Assembly: GCF_037042905.1 (NCBI RefSeq)
Contig: NC_087245.1
Coordinates: 15,438,001-15,502,000, forward strand
Source of the DNA: Lytechinus pictus
Lineage: Eukaryota
Length of the DNA: 64,000 nt
Direction: 5' to 3'
In this document: positions 14,603 to 27,490 of the stretch, piece after piece
How positions within the stretch are numbered: position 1 is the stretch's first letter
How the letters are laid out: each line of letters begins with the position of its first letter
Position numbers and translations under genes: made by a program
Notes under the pieces: model-generated
The model's database searches: none
What the model was told of the DNA's origin: nothing
Seen by the model: only the letters and a program-made list of their open reading frames with translations

Positions 14603-15222
14603 GTGTGGCCGACTTCAGGATATTTTGCGAAGAAATCAACAAAACACAATTCCTGCAATCCCATGAAATCTTATTCTACAAACTAAACGGTGTTCTTGAA
14701 TGAAATAGCTCCTGGAACATATGGATCTCGAAGTTTTTATTTCTGAATTAGTATTACACTGTATGTATGTTGTGTATGTCGATAGGCATTTTCATTCATG
14801 TAAGGTGTGGAACCTAGGTATTCATTTAACCTGCTATGAATAAAACTACAATAATTAAATTCCAGTTTGCAAATAGTACTTGTTGCTATGTTTGGCATTC
14901 CAACATAAAACTTCCAGATGGTCAAGATCAACCTCGTATTAAGATAAATGCAGAGAATGTGTTTCTACTGTATTGTTAGATTTCACAACAATGCTCGTTA
15001 CTATACTCACTTGGCGTGAAGAAGCCAAACTATAATAATATACAGTACAGCATATAGCCTTAAAATGCCTGAAACGGGAAGTTAACGGGGCCTTAAATTA
15101 GGCAAAACCTTGAAAACTGGCATCTCTGAACACGATTTAATGTAATGATCATCACATACTCTACTATATCTGCCCTCTATAATTGTCTATAAATATGTTA
15201 TGAAATTTATATAAAAACTGAC

Positions 15223-15278
15223 CTGTCCAAGCTTACATCTGATACTCCTCGGAAGCATTTCTTGAGAGATGCAAACAT
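15223..15278 (-). CDS. Gene 2: candidate alternative first coding exon A
   Basis: In-frame TGA just upstream of ATG; MFASLKKCFRGVSDVSLD plus AG|gtcagt; phase 2 fits exon 11798. Confidence 0.35.
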
Positions 15279-17175
15279 GTTTCAAAACAAATCAAGAATC
15301 GTGTTCTTTGCCTTAATCTCAGGCAATTTCAAGAGATTCAACGTTTCATCTGTTTTTGTAGACTGGGCGTTGCTCCACGAACCAGCCAATGGGGTGAACA
15401 CTTTCGATGGTAGTCATCCCCCCTTTCAAATTGATGAGGTTTATCCCCAAAGGCCCATTTAACAGCCCAAATCCTTTTGAAACCTCAACTAATTCAAAAA
15501 CATAGTTTCCAAACTTTTGCACGAGTGGATTTTAATTTATCTGAATAGATTAGTAATGACCATTCTGGCTTCCTAGGGGATAGGTATGCCCCCTTTGTTA
15601 TAGAATCGAGGCACACGGTAATGTCCTACTTTTGACCCAATATACGTCATGGTTTTCCCATTATCTGGGACAACATTCGTTTGCGTCAAGTACACAGAAA
15701 AGACGTACATGCTTTATCTTGAACTTAAAAGAGCGTGTTTACTATGAAAACAGACAGGGTTAATATTATGAATGGTAAATGCATAGAAGACGAAATTATC
15801 AATACCGTGTACTTACAAAGTTACCTTTGTTTTACACCTGAAATCATCCATCCCTCGCCTTTGCCCCATCCTTTCTCCGTCATTAAGTTTGAAATTAAGT
15901 CCCATTTCACCCATGGTTTAGACTATGACTTGTGTTAGTGTATCAACAACTCACATACAACATGTACAATGTGTTTATGGGCTATTTTGATATATAAATC
16001 TCATAAAAATGATTAGGCCTATATAATTGATACTCCTGACACAAAATGTTGCAAAAGTACTGTTAAACCCAATGATTGTGATGAAAATCATGACTGTCCA
16101 AGGTTGAATGTTTGGCAACGATTCAAACCTTACTCCAATAAGGGTAAGTGGTGTCATATCGGGATGCGGGGGGGGGGGTGTGGGCAGGGAAACATGTGCC
16201 CGGTTGTGCCACATTTAGGGGGTGCCATAGAAAATACATTCATTTATTTATGTTGCTCTTTTACCAGTGACACTTAGTAAATAAGAGTAGAAGAAATAAT
16301 TGGTTCAAAACTTCTCTACACTTAATTAAACTGACATTCAAATTATATTATAGAATAAAAAGATATGAAGCTTTCCGTTTCACTGCTTATATTATTACAT
16401 CCAAAGTGAAGGTGAAAAGTCATGGTCATATGCTATCACAGTCATGATGACTGTGATAGCGATGAATATAGAGATGTATTATGTCTGTAGTTTGTTTTGA
16501 CTCATTTAGTAGAAGAAAAGGGCAAAACCTATACTCGAATTTTAGAAAACTGATCAGAGATAGAAGTGAATGATAAATGGATGTAAACCAAGATAAATGA
16601 ACTTGGCCGAACTTCAAAATATTCATTTATTTGTTTTCTTCGTTTGTCAAATTCATAATTGTCATGATTTTTTTTTCTTGGGTGGGGGAGGGGCGGTTAC
16701 CATTTCGTTTCGTATCCATGTATCTTTTTATCAGGTAAAATCGATGAAATATATAATTGGATTGATGAAATATATAATTGGGGTTTGATACATGCAGTTC
16801 AGTATGAATAAGTTCTAACAATCATAAGAAACATTGTTCCTCACTTATTCCCTAAAGAATGTCACTTGAAGGTCCATTGTTTTCTGAAAGAGAGAAGATC
16901 GCACAGTAGCTCAATGAATGACACTTCAATGACAGGGATAATATGATATTTTGTTTGGAAATATGTCAGCTTTGAAGAAAAAAAAGTTAATCTGATATCT
17001 GTCGCTGACCATGCATGCATGGTAACAGGCAGGATGTACTAAATTTAGAGCAATGAGAATAGACTGGGATATAACGAGGATTAAATTCGGTCTGGCACCC
17101 GGTCTAGCCCCTATACTGCAGTATGGCGACCGAGCAAAAGGCAGTAGCAAACTACTGCTCGACTGGAATGCAATC

Positions 17176-17349
17176 GTGTGTGTGTGTGTGCGCGTGTGTG
17201 TGAGAGAGAGAGAGAGAGAATTTTATTATTATCATCATCATCATCATTATTATTACTATTATCATTATCATTATTATTAATATCAATATTACTATTTTCA
17301 TTATTTATGTTTTATTATTATAATTCTTATAATTATTATTATATCATCA

Positions 17350-17381
<32 letters not shown>

Positions 17382-17400
17382 GTCATCATCATCATCGTTA
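17176..17400. repeat. Compound microsatellite (TG)n(AG)n(ATT/ATC)n
   Basis: Direct reading. Confidence 0.9.
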
Positions 17401-17960
17401 ATTAATATAAGTTCTGGTAGTATCAAGTGTTTGCATTATGTATCTCGAGAATGATTAGTAGCCTTCTTATACTGACAATTTCATATCACGTTCTAAACTG
17501 TCCCTCTTGTGCAACATTTTACACTTTTCCATTGACTACCGCAATGACACAGTCATCGTCAAATGCGACTATGAATAGGGGGTTAAAACCGGAAACCGGA
17601 GAATCAGATCAAGCATCGGATTACAGAGGTAAAGCATTGACTCGGTTATTATCAATTGCCCACACTGACTTTCTGAGGTACAAAGATAGATTCGTGATTT
17701 ATTCTAGGCAATTCGAGTTCAAATCTCGTGAGTACATGACAGAAGTGTGAACAATACCAAGACTGGATTTTATAACCGTTTCCATGGTTTTCATTTTTAT
17801 TGTTTAGAAATGACACAAACATTACACTGATACAAACACTATCCGTGAGAATGATTATGTGCCCAATTATCGTGGAAAGTCCTCGTCATGTCCGATCATC
17901 ATTTGAACATGAATAGTGCAGCTCCGAGAATATGTAGAGCAATAGTGTAAAATACTTTAC

Positions 17961-18005
17961 TTGTATTTAGTTCTCGCCGAGTTCCCCCAAGACAGATGCT
18001 TGGAG
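17961..18005 (-). CDS. Gene 2 exon
   Basis: ttttctcag acceptor, 45 nt SKHLSWGNSARTKY, gtaaag donor, phase 2 to 2. Confidence 0.6.
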
Positions 18006-19329
18006 CTGAGAAAATTGTACAGACGTAGCTCTATCATTTCCAACAGATTTGAATGTTTTCATCACGTAGAAAATCATACATCAAAAACAAAAAGATTATT
18101 ATCATTTCTAATGTTTACTTGAATGATGATTTGATCGTGTTTAATGAATAGTCTACACTTGAGGAAAATTTGGGTTTGCCGATAGAGAATATAAAATACA
18201 CCGTCTGGGGGCGAGGCTAAGGCTTAATGTTACTGAACTATTTTGATCTTGTGATGTATATTTGATTATTTTGGAATAAATAAGCGTAAGTATTGATGTT
18301 ACTGTATCAAAATGAAGTAGCCTCAGGTATATATTTGAAATGGAGATCATTGTCTTACCACAGTCCATTATCATCGGGTTACATTAGGTTTGAACCACGG
18401 ACTCCCTCTTTAATGTTAAGAAAATTCCCCTTTCGAAGTGATTATGCTTCTTTGCTTGTCAAATAAAAGGAAAGGTGAACCTTTTGAAGCGAAACCAACC
18501 CCTTCACCTTCTCTGTTTCCTTTTTGGTTACTTACTACAAAAAATTATTAATAAATTGTACCTAAGCATTCTTTAAAAAATAGTTATGTGCCCACTTTCA
18601 TGAAATCCTGGATCCGCCATGGTAATATCTTATTAAAAATTGAGAACAAAAAAAAACAAATTTTCAAGTGAACCATGTACAAGACTGTGGGATTTAGTTG
18701 ACTGAAGACACAGAATTAAATTGAAAAGAAGATTTCGTGCGTGATGCAGCGTTGTGTATTTAGTGCGGGCACCATAACGCACATGCAACAAAGTTTAAAG
18801 GGTTTGGAATATTCATGAGTTGCCGAAGTGCGGATCCAAAAGACTACGTGCACTCGGCAATATTTTAAAGCACTTTGAATATTCATGACCTTTTGAATTG
18901 TACATAGCTGAATAAAAGTGTGCGTTTTTGGCAACATTTTAAGAGATTTGAACATCTATGATTTTACGAAGTGACAGAGCTTCCTGACGATAAAAAAATG
19001 TTAACTTGCACATTTTATGAATAATTTAAAAAGTTGTTCTTCACCACTGAAAGCATATCAGAGGATTTCCAGATTATATGCCAACCAACAATTCATATTG
19101 GCTGTTAGTTTTCTTTATTCATTGCTAGAAAGAATCATTCATGACTTGTTTCACAAGAACATATCTGCAAGTCAAAATGACACATTTTGATAACAACAAC
19201 AAAGATAATGTCAATATTTTCACTTTTTTTTTTTATTTAAGCCAACGTTGAAAATTAAAGAATCCGATTTAATCACGTTTTTGATGAATAGGGGTTTTAG
19301 CTAAGTACTTTTGTAGTTTGTTTACCTAC

Positions 19330-19743
19330 CCAAATGATCGTCGAATAATTCTAATATCGGCCGTGGTTCGTCTTTTTCTTAGCGTTGTGTCTCGTCGTCG
19401 AAAAGAATCTCGTCTACGAAAATGCAAGGAATCTCTGAATGACATCGTACGTCTTAGCGTCCAATCACTCCTACTCCTATTCAAATTCCGCAACGACATC
19501 GTTCGACGACCTCGTCGAATCGAGTCTCGGAATCGATTCCCGAAGTCGTTTTCGCTGAGCGTACGAAGACGACGACGAAACGTGCCGTCTTGGTTGTTTA
19601 TAGTGCCCATGCGACGCCGAAACGACGTCCTGGCACCTTCGATTGTCGGTGCGATCCATTTCGGGACGCGAAGTTTTGGTCCGCACCACCAATTTGGCAT
19701 GATCGACCAGGACTTCGACAACGGCAAAAGAAAGAATCTATTC
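19330..19743 (-). CDS. Gene 2 Arg-rich exon
   Basis: GC/CpG-rich 414-nt open exon, ttattgcag acceptor, GG|gtaggt donor, phase 2 to 2; NRFFLLPLSKSW...RRRDSFRRRDTTLRKRRTTADIRIIRRSF. Confidence 0.75.
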
Positions 19744-22700
19744 CTGCAATAAATCCGTTTACTTTGACGTCGAAAAATGTCTAATCACAAATATTTGTTC
19801 AGACTCCTAAATTCGTATGGAAAAAGCATTGTTACTTGATAGATCATGAGACAAGTTAATCCACATTGAACACTTCCTGGTTTTAATTGAAGGATTTTTT
19901 TCTTCAGCTAGCTCGCCAAACTGCAATTGTTAGTACTGATTGTTTACTTGTGAGAATGCTGAAGACTTGCGTGTAATGTGCTGTAGACGATCTCTGCGCA
20001 GTTCTATCATGAGACAACACGGTTATGTTATGACTACAACAAACTGTCACCGTGAACGAGCACAGATAGCAGAAGTTAACTTCGAAACTTTCCTCATAAC
20101 AAACACCAACGCCACATAGCAAGAAAAGTATTCTGTTGAAACTGTATCAAGACATCATCCTAATTGATTCAGGCAAGGGGAGGGGTGCGCTAGTAACCCC
20201 CACGTTTGAAGAAATAAAAAGAAAAAAGTTCACATATAAAACGAGTGCCAGAGAATTCGACTTGGAGCGGAAGACAGGGCTGTTTAGATAATGTTTCCTG
20301 ACGAGGTGTGACGTAGCAGGCCAGTATCCAACATTTCCGACCAAATGAACCAACCAGATACAGAATGAACCCTTTGCCAATGTTAATAGCTTTAAATCCC
20401 CAATTTCTCGTGGAAAATATCAATAATTCAGATTTGTTGGAAACGAATCGAATTCCACTCGAGACCGTACTATAGTCGTTGTACCTTTGGTTTTTAGTTG
20501 AGTCATGAGTTAGGCAAGCGTGAATGACATAATATAAAAATGTTTTAGAAATGTGACAAGTTCCGCAATTTCTAATATAAACATTTCATTTCTATCTAGG
20601 CTTGACAATACGACGCTTAAATTGATTTTATTTGGGCTGAAAATGAAATGAAATAAAAACTGTTTGAGCCATGTCTATTTAATAATGAACATAATCTTCC
20701 AATATGACGTCATATCAACGATGTCGAGACCGTACTTTCAGCCACCCTTGATTGTTATTCAACATCAAGTCCGCATCAAGGGGGCTCACTGGTTTGAAAA
20801 TGAAAATAAGATCTTCAATCCATAAACAATACCCGGATGGGAGTAGTCAGCTGATAGCAGATTAACAAACCACAAAACCATCGACTGCATATAGTCGCGA
20901 CACAAGACCGATCCGTGCTAGTCCGGGGACTTCCACAAATTTACTGGCAATAAACTTTCCAAGCAGATTTTCCTCATTACCAGAAGCAGCGTGAAAGATA
21001 ATTAAATCCATATATAAAAATAGTCAAAGAGTCACTTCGACTTCGGCATTCTCTAGTGAACTGTTGTTTAATTACCACGAAATTATTTTCTATCAACAAA
21101 AACAAAATAAAAGTCACGGGTTCAACGTTGCAGAATTGAATAAATATTTATATCCAGTTTATCATGCTGTTGATATTCAATATTTCAAAGGCATGTACAT
21201 TATACTATACAAACTTGAAGGCTAACCATATATTACATATGTACAAGCGAGAGAACAGAAGATCACAATAATATAATATAGATCCTTTATCCTTGCTCTG
21301 CCTATGATTATGAATCTCACTGCAGTAGTGAGAAAGGCTAACATACAAGCATTGCGGATCGTGTTTAAATAAGTTTGTATTAATATAACATCCATGATGA
21401 TGTTCAATGGGAAGTTAGTAGGATTATTTAGGGATTTGCGCGCTGAGCAATGCAGGCAAGGTTTCTCATTGGCCAAGAGTGATCACCATAGCAACAACTA
21501 TTGGATTGAATGATTTTGAGCGATAGGTGGCGCTATTCGAATCTTACAATTATACATATCGACCTCGGGCTATGAATCACAATTCCAATAATTATGACCT
21601 AAATTTATTCCAAGAACGTTTATTGTAACCGCAAATATTGAACAATAAACAACTGAATAGTGTTCAGTTTATCTTCAAAAATCCTTCTTGCCTCCCTTTT
21701 TTTTTGGAGATAAGTAAGGATATTTTTATTTGATAGCATATACTTTACGCCGGCGTTTGAGATGGTGGTATGATCTATTATCTTACTTTCCCGATTTTGA
21801 AATTGAGATTTATAAAAACATAAGTACAATAACATCCTATATTTTTCGGAAAAAATACATTTTCAAGTCATCTTCATAACCATCCTTGTTGTGAAAAACG
21901 GAGGTTTAGATGTTGGGTTTGGACGAAGGCGGCGCTTGCCCACGTCCAGAAATAGTTGTATTTAAATATACGACACAGTTTATAAGTTGAAAAGTTATGC
22001 CCCGAGACAATTTCGGGATTCCCAGACGGCTTTGAAGTCGCATTCCAAGGTGTTCCGACTTTTAGGGTTTGTTCGGGGGAAAAATTCAGTTTTTTTTATA
22101 TCAGAAGATAAAATAATGCTGGAAGTCATGCTTGCACACTATTTTGATACTTTGACATTGATAGAGAACAAGGCCACGTTCGACAATGATTCTGTTACAG
22201 TCGAAAATAATAATAATGAAAATAAACACTTTCTTTTTTCAGACAGTCCCTGTGTTATTCTGAAGATAAGGACTTTCTCTGGGATTTTCCCAGTACATTG
22301 TTATCAAATCTTTTCTTTTTTAATGTCTGAAAGTTGCAACAGCGGCCACCTCGTGTGTTTTCTCCCATCGAGGGCTATATATAGATATCCGAATTATACC
22401 ACCATTGCAACTTGATTGTTTGCATACATGGTAAAATGGGGAAATTTCTAGTAAAAGTTTGAAAAGTTAACTTGGGTAATCAAACTTTTCTTCACAGTAC
22501 TTGGAAGCAATTGTTTCTATTAACAGAGCTTTGACAAAATGTTTCGATTATCAATGAATGAAAATTGACAGGGCTTCAACATATTAAGCAAATTAATGTG
22601 AAAAATAAAGCAGTATAAATACACTGTGTCCCAAGGAGACTTAAACGTGAACGTAAGGTTTGTTTTTAAATTGATTTATACATTATTTTTTTTCTAGTTT

Positions 22701-24169
22701 GTAACTTATACATTTTAACTCGTTGCCATACGTTTCTACATTAGTTGGTGGAATCTGAAGTTACTGTCTTTCAGCGTTTGGGAGACACAGCTGAGAAGAA
22801 TGAGAGCTCGATCGGGGTAAATAATGACAAAATGAAAAAAGGAGAGAGAGGGAAATTTAAAAGCAAAAAAAAAAAGAAAAGAAAAAAGAATCCTCTCCCA
22901 TGAAATACCCAACTGCTGCGATATTTTTTTTTCGGGGGGAGGGGGGCTTCCTCTCACCATAAAAATTATTGCTCGAAAAAGAACCTTATTTTCCCCTTTT
23001 AAAACCTGACATGCAAAATAGTAATCGAAAAATGGGGGAAAAGTCCTCGCGGGACCTAGTTTCATCCTCAGTTAGTTTTTGGTACGAATTTTGAGTCAAC
23101 CCCACCCCCCCTCCCGACCCACGACTGCAAGAAAAAATATTGAACACAAGCTAAAATGCAGACAGGCGAGGATAGTGAGACAGGAGAGAGAAATGTTTCT
23201 GACAAGTTCATTTAAGAGCAGGGAGGTCAAATGTTAAATCCAGGGTAGCCTTGTCTGTAAGCCAAGTCGAGGGAGGAATGCGGCCAACCAATGACGAAGT
23301 GGAAGGATGAAAACATAACGTGACATACATCAGTGTTTTTTTCCTACTAATGAACAAAAACTGTTATGATAAGACAAGGATTGTGTCATTCATTTGAAAA
23401 TTATCTTGTTAACATGAAATGTTATGTTACTTTCCTTATTTTGCATAAAAATGAGCAATTGTATGTGAAGACCATCATAAAACTAATAGCCCAAGACTGT
23501 AAAGTGCCCTCTACGAAAATACATTTTCAAACGCATCATTCTCTTGAATGACCAGTTGCTTATTACCGCAACGGTGAGATGGAGCACGAGGGTATCAATT
23601 ACAACATAGGAATTGAAAAGTTCCATGCAAAACACTTTTTCAATAATCGTTCTTTCCTATTTTTCTCTTTGTCTTCTTATCTATTTTCTTTCATAAACTT
23701 CAGTCACTCGTATGGCCCGGGGAAGCGGGGGTGTTGGAGGGGGGGGGGGGGGGGGGTACGTGCTGCGTGTGTTATTTTCCATAGGCAGTACCCCTGGAAT
23801 CTGGTAGGTGTGGCAAAATGGACAGATATAACCAAAAGTACCTATATTTAGTAGTGAACCCCCCTTTTTTGCTAGCTGTCATTTTTTCTGTACCAACATG
23901 ACATTCATTTTGTAATGAAACTCTTTTTTCTTGTCAAATTTACATCAGCACCCCCTGTAAAAATCGTTCCCAAGGCCCTAAAGTCACTTAACAAAATCAA
24001 AGCGACGGCCACCCCGCCTTGCTCTCTGTAGCACCGTCACTAAATGTAATGACATTCTCTATCGTTGTTTTTTTTTGTATCGTTTTGTTTAGTGGCACCT
24101 GTGCGTGCATGGGGGGGGGGGTGGGAGGACGAACGTACACTGAACATGCTTAATCACTGTGACCCACGG

Positions 24170-24400
24170 GTTTCTCCTCCCGACACATCTTATCGGGGTG
24201 GGGGTGCAGAATGCAGAAGGTCTACCGAAGCGGGGTTTCCCCACTGAACTGAAAGTGGAGTTCTCCTACTCTCTTCTACTTCATGCCACCATTTAACGTC
24301 CTATCGGAGGGACGGAGTAATAAAGTTTGCGTCTGTAAAGCCGGGGGTAAAGTCGAACCCAAGATATTTGGTTCTACAGACATATCCCGACTGAGGTTCC
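24170..24400 (-). mobile_element. tRNA-headed SINE with Deu-like core (decayed)
   Basis: Minus strand GGGTTCGACT B-box followed by CCCTCCGATAGGACGTTAAATGGTGGC core. Confidence 0.55.
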
Positions 24401-25061
24401 CAATCTTCACTTCGGAGTGCAAATAACTAAAGGCATTGTTACTCACGACCATAGATCGGAGGACAGGAACTCGAAGAATAAATCCACTCAACTCCACGGA
24501 AGTCACCCCGCCCCCTCTGATAATATCAATTTTTCTCATGAGGGGAGGGAGCAATACCACACATCGCATCCCTATTTTTCATTACGTTATTCAGACAAAA
24601 CTGGTTCGTCACTCAAAGGTTTTTTTTAATGTTTTTTTTTGTCTCCCCGAATGAGAGTAAACAGGGACTGGATTTGAACCCTTGACCTAACAATCTAAAT
24701 TAAAAAAAATCCTAAAAATTCAATTCACTTGAACTGCCTTTGGAAATTGTCATGGGAATAATAAAACAACAATGAGATATAATTATTGCAAACAGAATGA
24801 ACAAGCATGACAAGCTTACTCGATTTAATATTTCGCTCTTTTTTCTGTGCATGCATTCATAACAAATCACGATTTTTGTTTGATCAACAGTTGGTTGGAA
24901 CATTAATTTTGAAAGGTTTGTTAAACATATTTTCAAAGAGTATCTGTTTAAAACTCAGGAACGGGAAAGAGCGTCACTGGATCGTCAGTGGACATGACAC
25001 CGTTCTAAGGTCTGGACCAACGACTAACTCAGTTGGCTTCGATCACCATCATGATTTATAC

Positions 25062-25095
25062 CTGGGTATCGTGCTGCGAACAGCCGATGTAAATA
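25062..25095 (-). CDS. Gene 2 exon
   Basis: ctttcccag acceptor, 34 nt encoding FTSAVRSTIP, CAG|gtataa donor; phase 1 to 2 links 33676 to 19743. Confidence 0.55.
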
Positions 25096-26384
25096 CTGGG
25101 AAAGTCGTGGAATAAAACACTATTGACAGTGTGAGTACTATCATTATTGTTACTCATCATTACTCAGACAAACCCAACAAAGAAACATTTTTGATATTTC
25201 TCTTTCAATTTCCCCATCTGAGGCAACATATAAAAACAGAGAAACAGGGAGCTAGTTTGGATAAAGACAAAACATTGATACAACATCGGAATTCTAAAAA
25301 AATCTCCTACTTTACTCTGTTACTTTAGTATGGTTTATTAATGATATTCCAAGCTGAATAATGACTTTGCTCTTACATATAATATTCACAATTTCAAAAT
25401 GATTCTTATTCGTTTCTTTCAAATATGTAAATATTTAAAATTAAAAACAAACGAATAAACTATCCCGAAAGCAATTTATTTTAGGAAGTATCGATCATTT
25501 GAGAAAGCTAAAGTAATCCTAAAAATCATCGAATTGTGTATGATAATGAAAATATTGCAGTGCATGTAATGTACAAAGCGAAAGCTCGTTCATTGTTTTT
25601 GGCAACTTTATTTGTTCCTTCGAGTAGATGGCAACTTCACAAAATGCCTGGTTTCTTGGAAAGCCGTTAGACCACCGGAACTTCCTTATTTATTTCGCCT
25701 GATGTCTTTTGCCTCTTGACGATAGAGGACGCACTCCACTTTTCTATGTATGGCCCTGAATCGGAACAACCAGTCTCAAGACCTTGTTTACCTCTTCGAA
25801 ATTACCCCTTTATTTTATCATTTAATTACATAATTTTTCAATAATTTTTCATTGTATAAAAAGTAGGTCATCAGAATGTTACCAAAATCCCGGAAGAGAG
25901 TGGGGGAAAAGACAATATTTATCAGGTTAAAACTTCATTCGCCATCCTTGTTTCTTGGAATACCCAATTTTCCCCCGAATCATCCATCTTCTCCTCTCGT
26001 CCGAAACCTCCTCCGAGTGATATTCTCCTTGGAATCAACCACCTGTGCCTCATGTACGTGATCTTACCCAAAACTACTTCGACCTCTACCGTGACCTCAC
26101 GTGTCAAGGGTCACTTCATCGCACCATATATCCATGTCGACAACAAATCCGTGATGAGACATAAACAGGCTCCTCGTCACTCATTGTGGTCGCTAACAAG
26201 GATGATAGAGTACTTTTCTCAGAACGACCGCGACGATGAGCCCCCGAAGGGGTATAATAAATACAATCATGGAGTTGACGACAGAGAGGGTGTTTGTATG
26301 AAGTTCATGGGTTAAAGGTAGCTATGGGACCCCGATGGGACCTCAATTTGCTCGTTTCAGACATTGGAAGACAAATTATCATGA

Positions 26385-26612
26385 TTACTTCGCTCAATAC
26401 ATGGTTTATTACCCCGGCTGTAAAACCGACGCTTTTCACTGAGTTAATAAATATTATACCGACTACCCATCCACCTCACCCGGTCGAGTGAAGTCCAATG
26501 TGGATGAACCGGGGGATGAAACCCTGATGAAAACGACATGCATGGCTGAGATTTGAACCTGCGACCCTCTCTTAATTTGAACGAAGTGAGTCAAAATGTC
26601 TAGACCACGACA
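26385..26612 (-). mobile_element. tRNA-derived SINE (sea-urchin SURF1/SINE2-like), decayed
   Basis: Minus strand GTCGTGGTCTAG A-box, GGTTCAAATC B-box, CACTCGACCGGGTGAGGT core, GGGGTAATAAA tail. Confidence 0.55.
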
Positions 26613-27481
26613 TGTTACTACAATATTTGAACTGGCAGAACTCAGTTTATACGCTGTTAAGACACCGATGAGCTCATGTACTTATATCGAATGATCTTTC
26701 CATTTTTTTCTTTTGGATGCCTGAGCACTAACACTTTCAAATGAAGATGTTTCGTTAGCTTTCCCGGCGTAGCATGGTATTGGACAGGTGACTTGAATAC
26801 AATACTTGAGTGATCATCTTTGGAAATTGTTTGTTGCATTTTCCGCTTTTGGCACATTGACTATCATTTTGGGCCTTACTTTCAAATACCAATGATTTAG
26901 AAAACTTTGTTAAGCCCGGCTCACACTATGCGATTCGTTGCGATCCGAATTTCAAAGAAAATGTGATAACATCTGATACGGACATTCCAACAAATAAAAT
27001 CTTACGGATCAGAGTTCTTTCATCATTTCCTTCCATCTCCTTTATACGTTCATTTTTTGGTGCCTTTTTGGCTGCTAAGCTCCCATAATTAATTTTGTGT
27101 ATTCTATGGCTAATCTCTCATTATGCCGTATCGACTCCTGAAAATCGAAAATTGCCTTTCTGTTCTTTCATACGATAAACAAGCCACCCAAAGTTCTAAG
27201 ATCTTCATAATACGATATATAGCCAGGTTAGATAACAGGCCTAATGAACTCCATTGAATCCCCGAAAACCCCCAATCTTTCTCAGTGATTATCTTTAAAA
27301 AAAAATGTTTTTCCCTCCACTCGTCTCTTTCCAGAACAGAAGCTGTGTTCGACGCATGACGGACTCGCCAGTATCCCAGTGGAATTACGGAACCGAATCC
27401 ACGGAAGATCAAAACAAAGACGACAATATAATACAATCTAAGAATCAAAACATAAACAGGCCTTCAATATAGTACACTCAC

Positions 27482-27490
27482 CTTCAAAAG
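27482..27490 (-). CDS. Gene 2: candidate 9-nt microexon
   Basis: gtgtgcccgtgtgtttttag CTTTTGAAG gtgagt; frame-preserving, canonical splice sites. Confidence 0.4.

Noticed and set aside
15816-15837. Frame-compatible 21-nt microexon candidate
   Set aside because: Acceptor has a purine-rich upstream tract; likely chance
19318-19752. 144-aa + strand Arg-rich ORF (protamine-like look)
   Set aside because: Antisense shadow of the minus-strand exon, which has proper splice sites and phase
19900-20750. Coding-like stretch with repeated CGAGACCGTACT near its right end
   Set aside because: Possibly a DNA transposon relic, but I could not recognise a transposase motif or the second end
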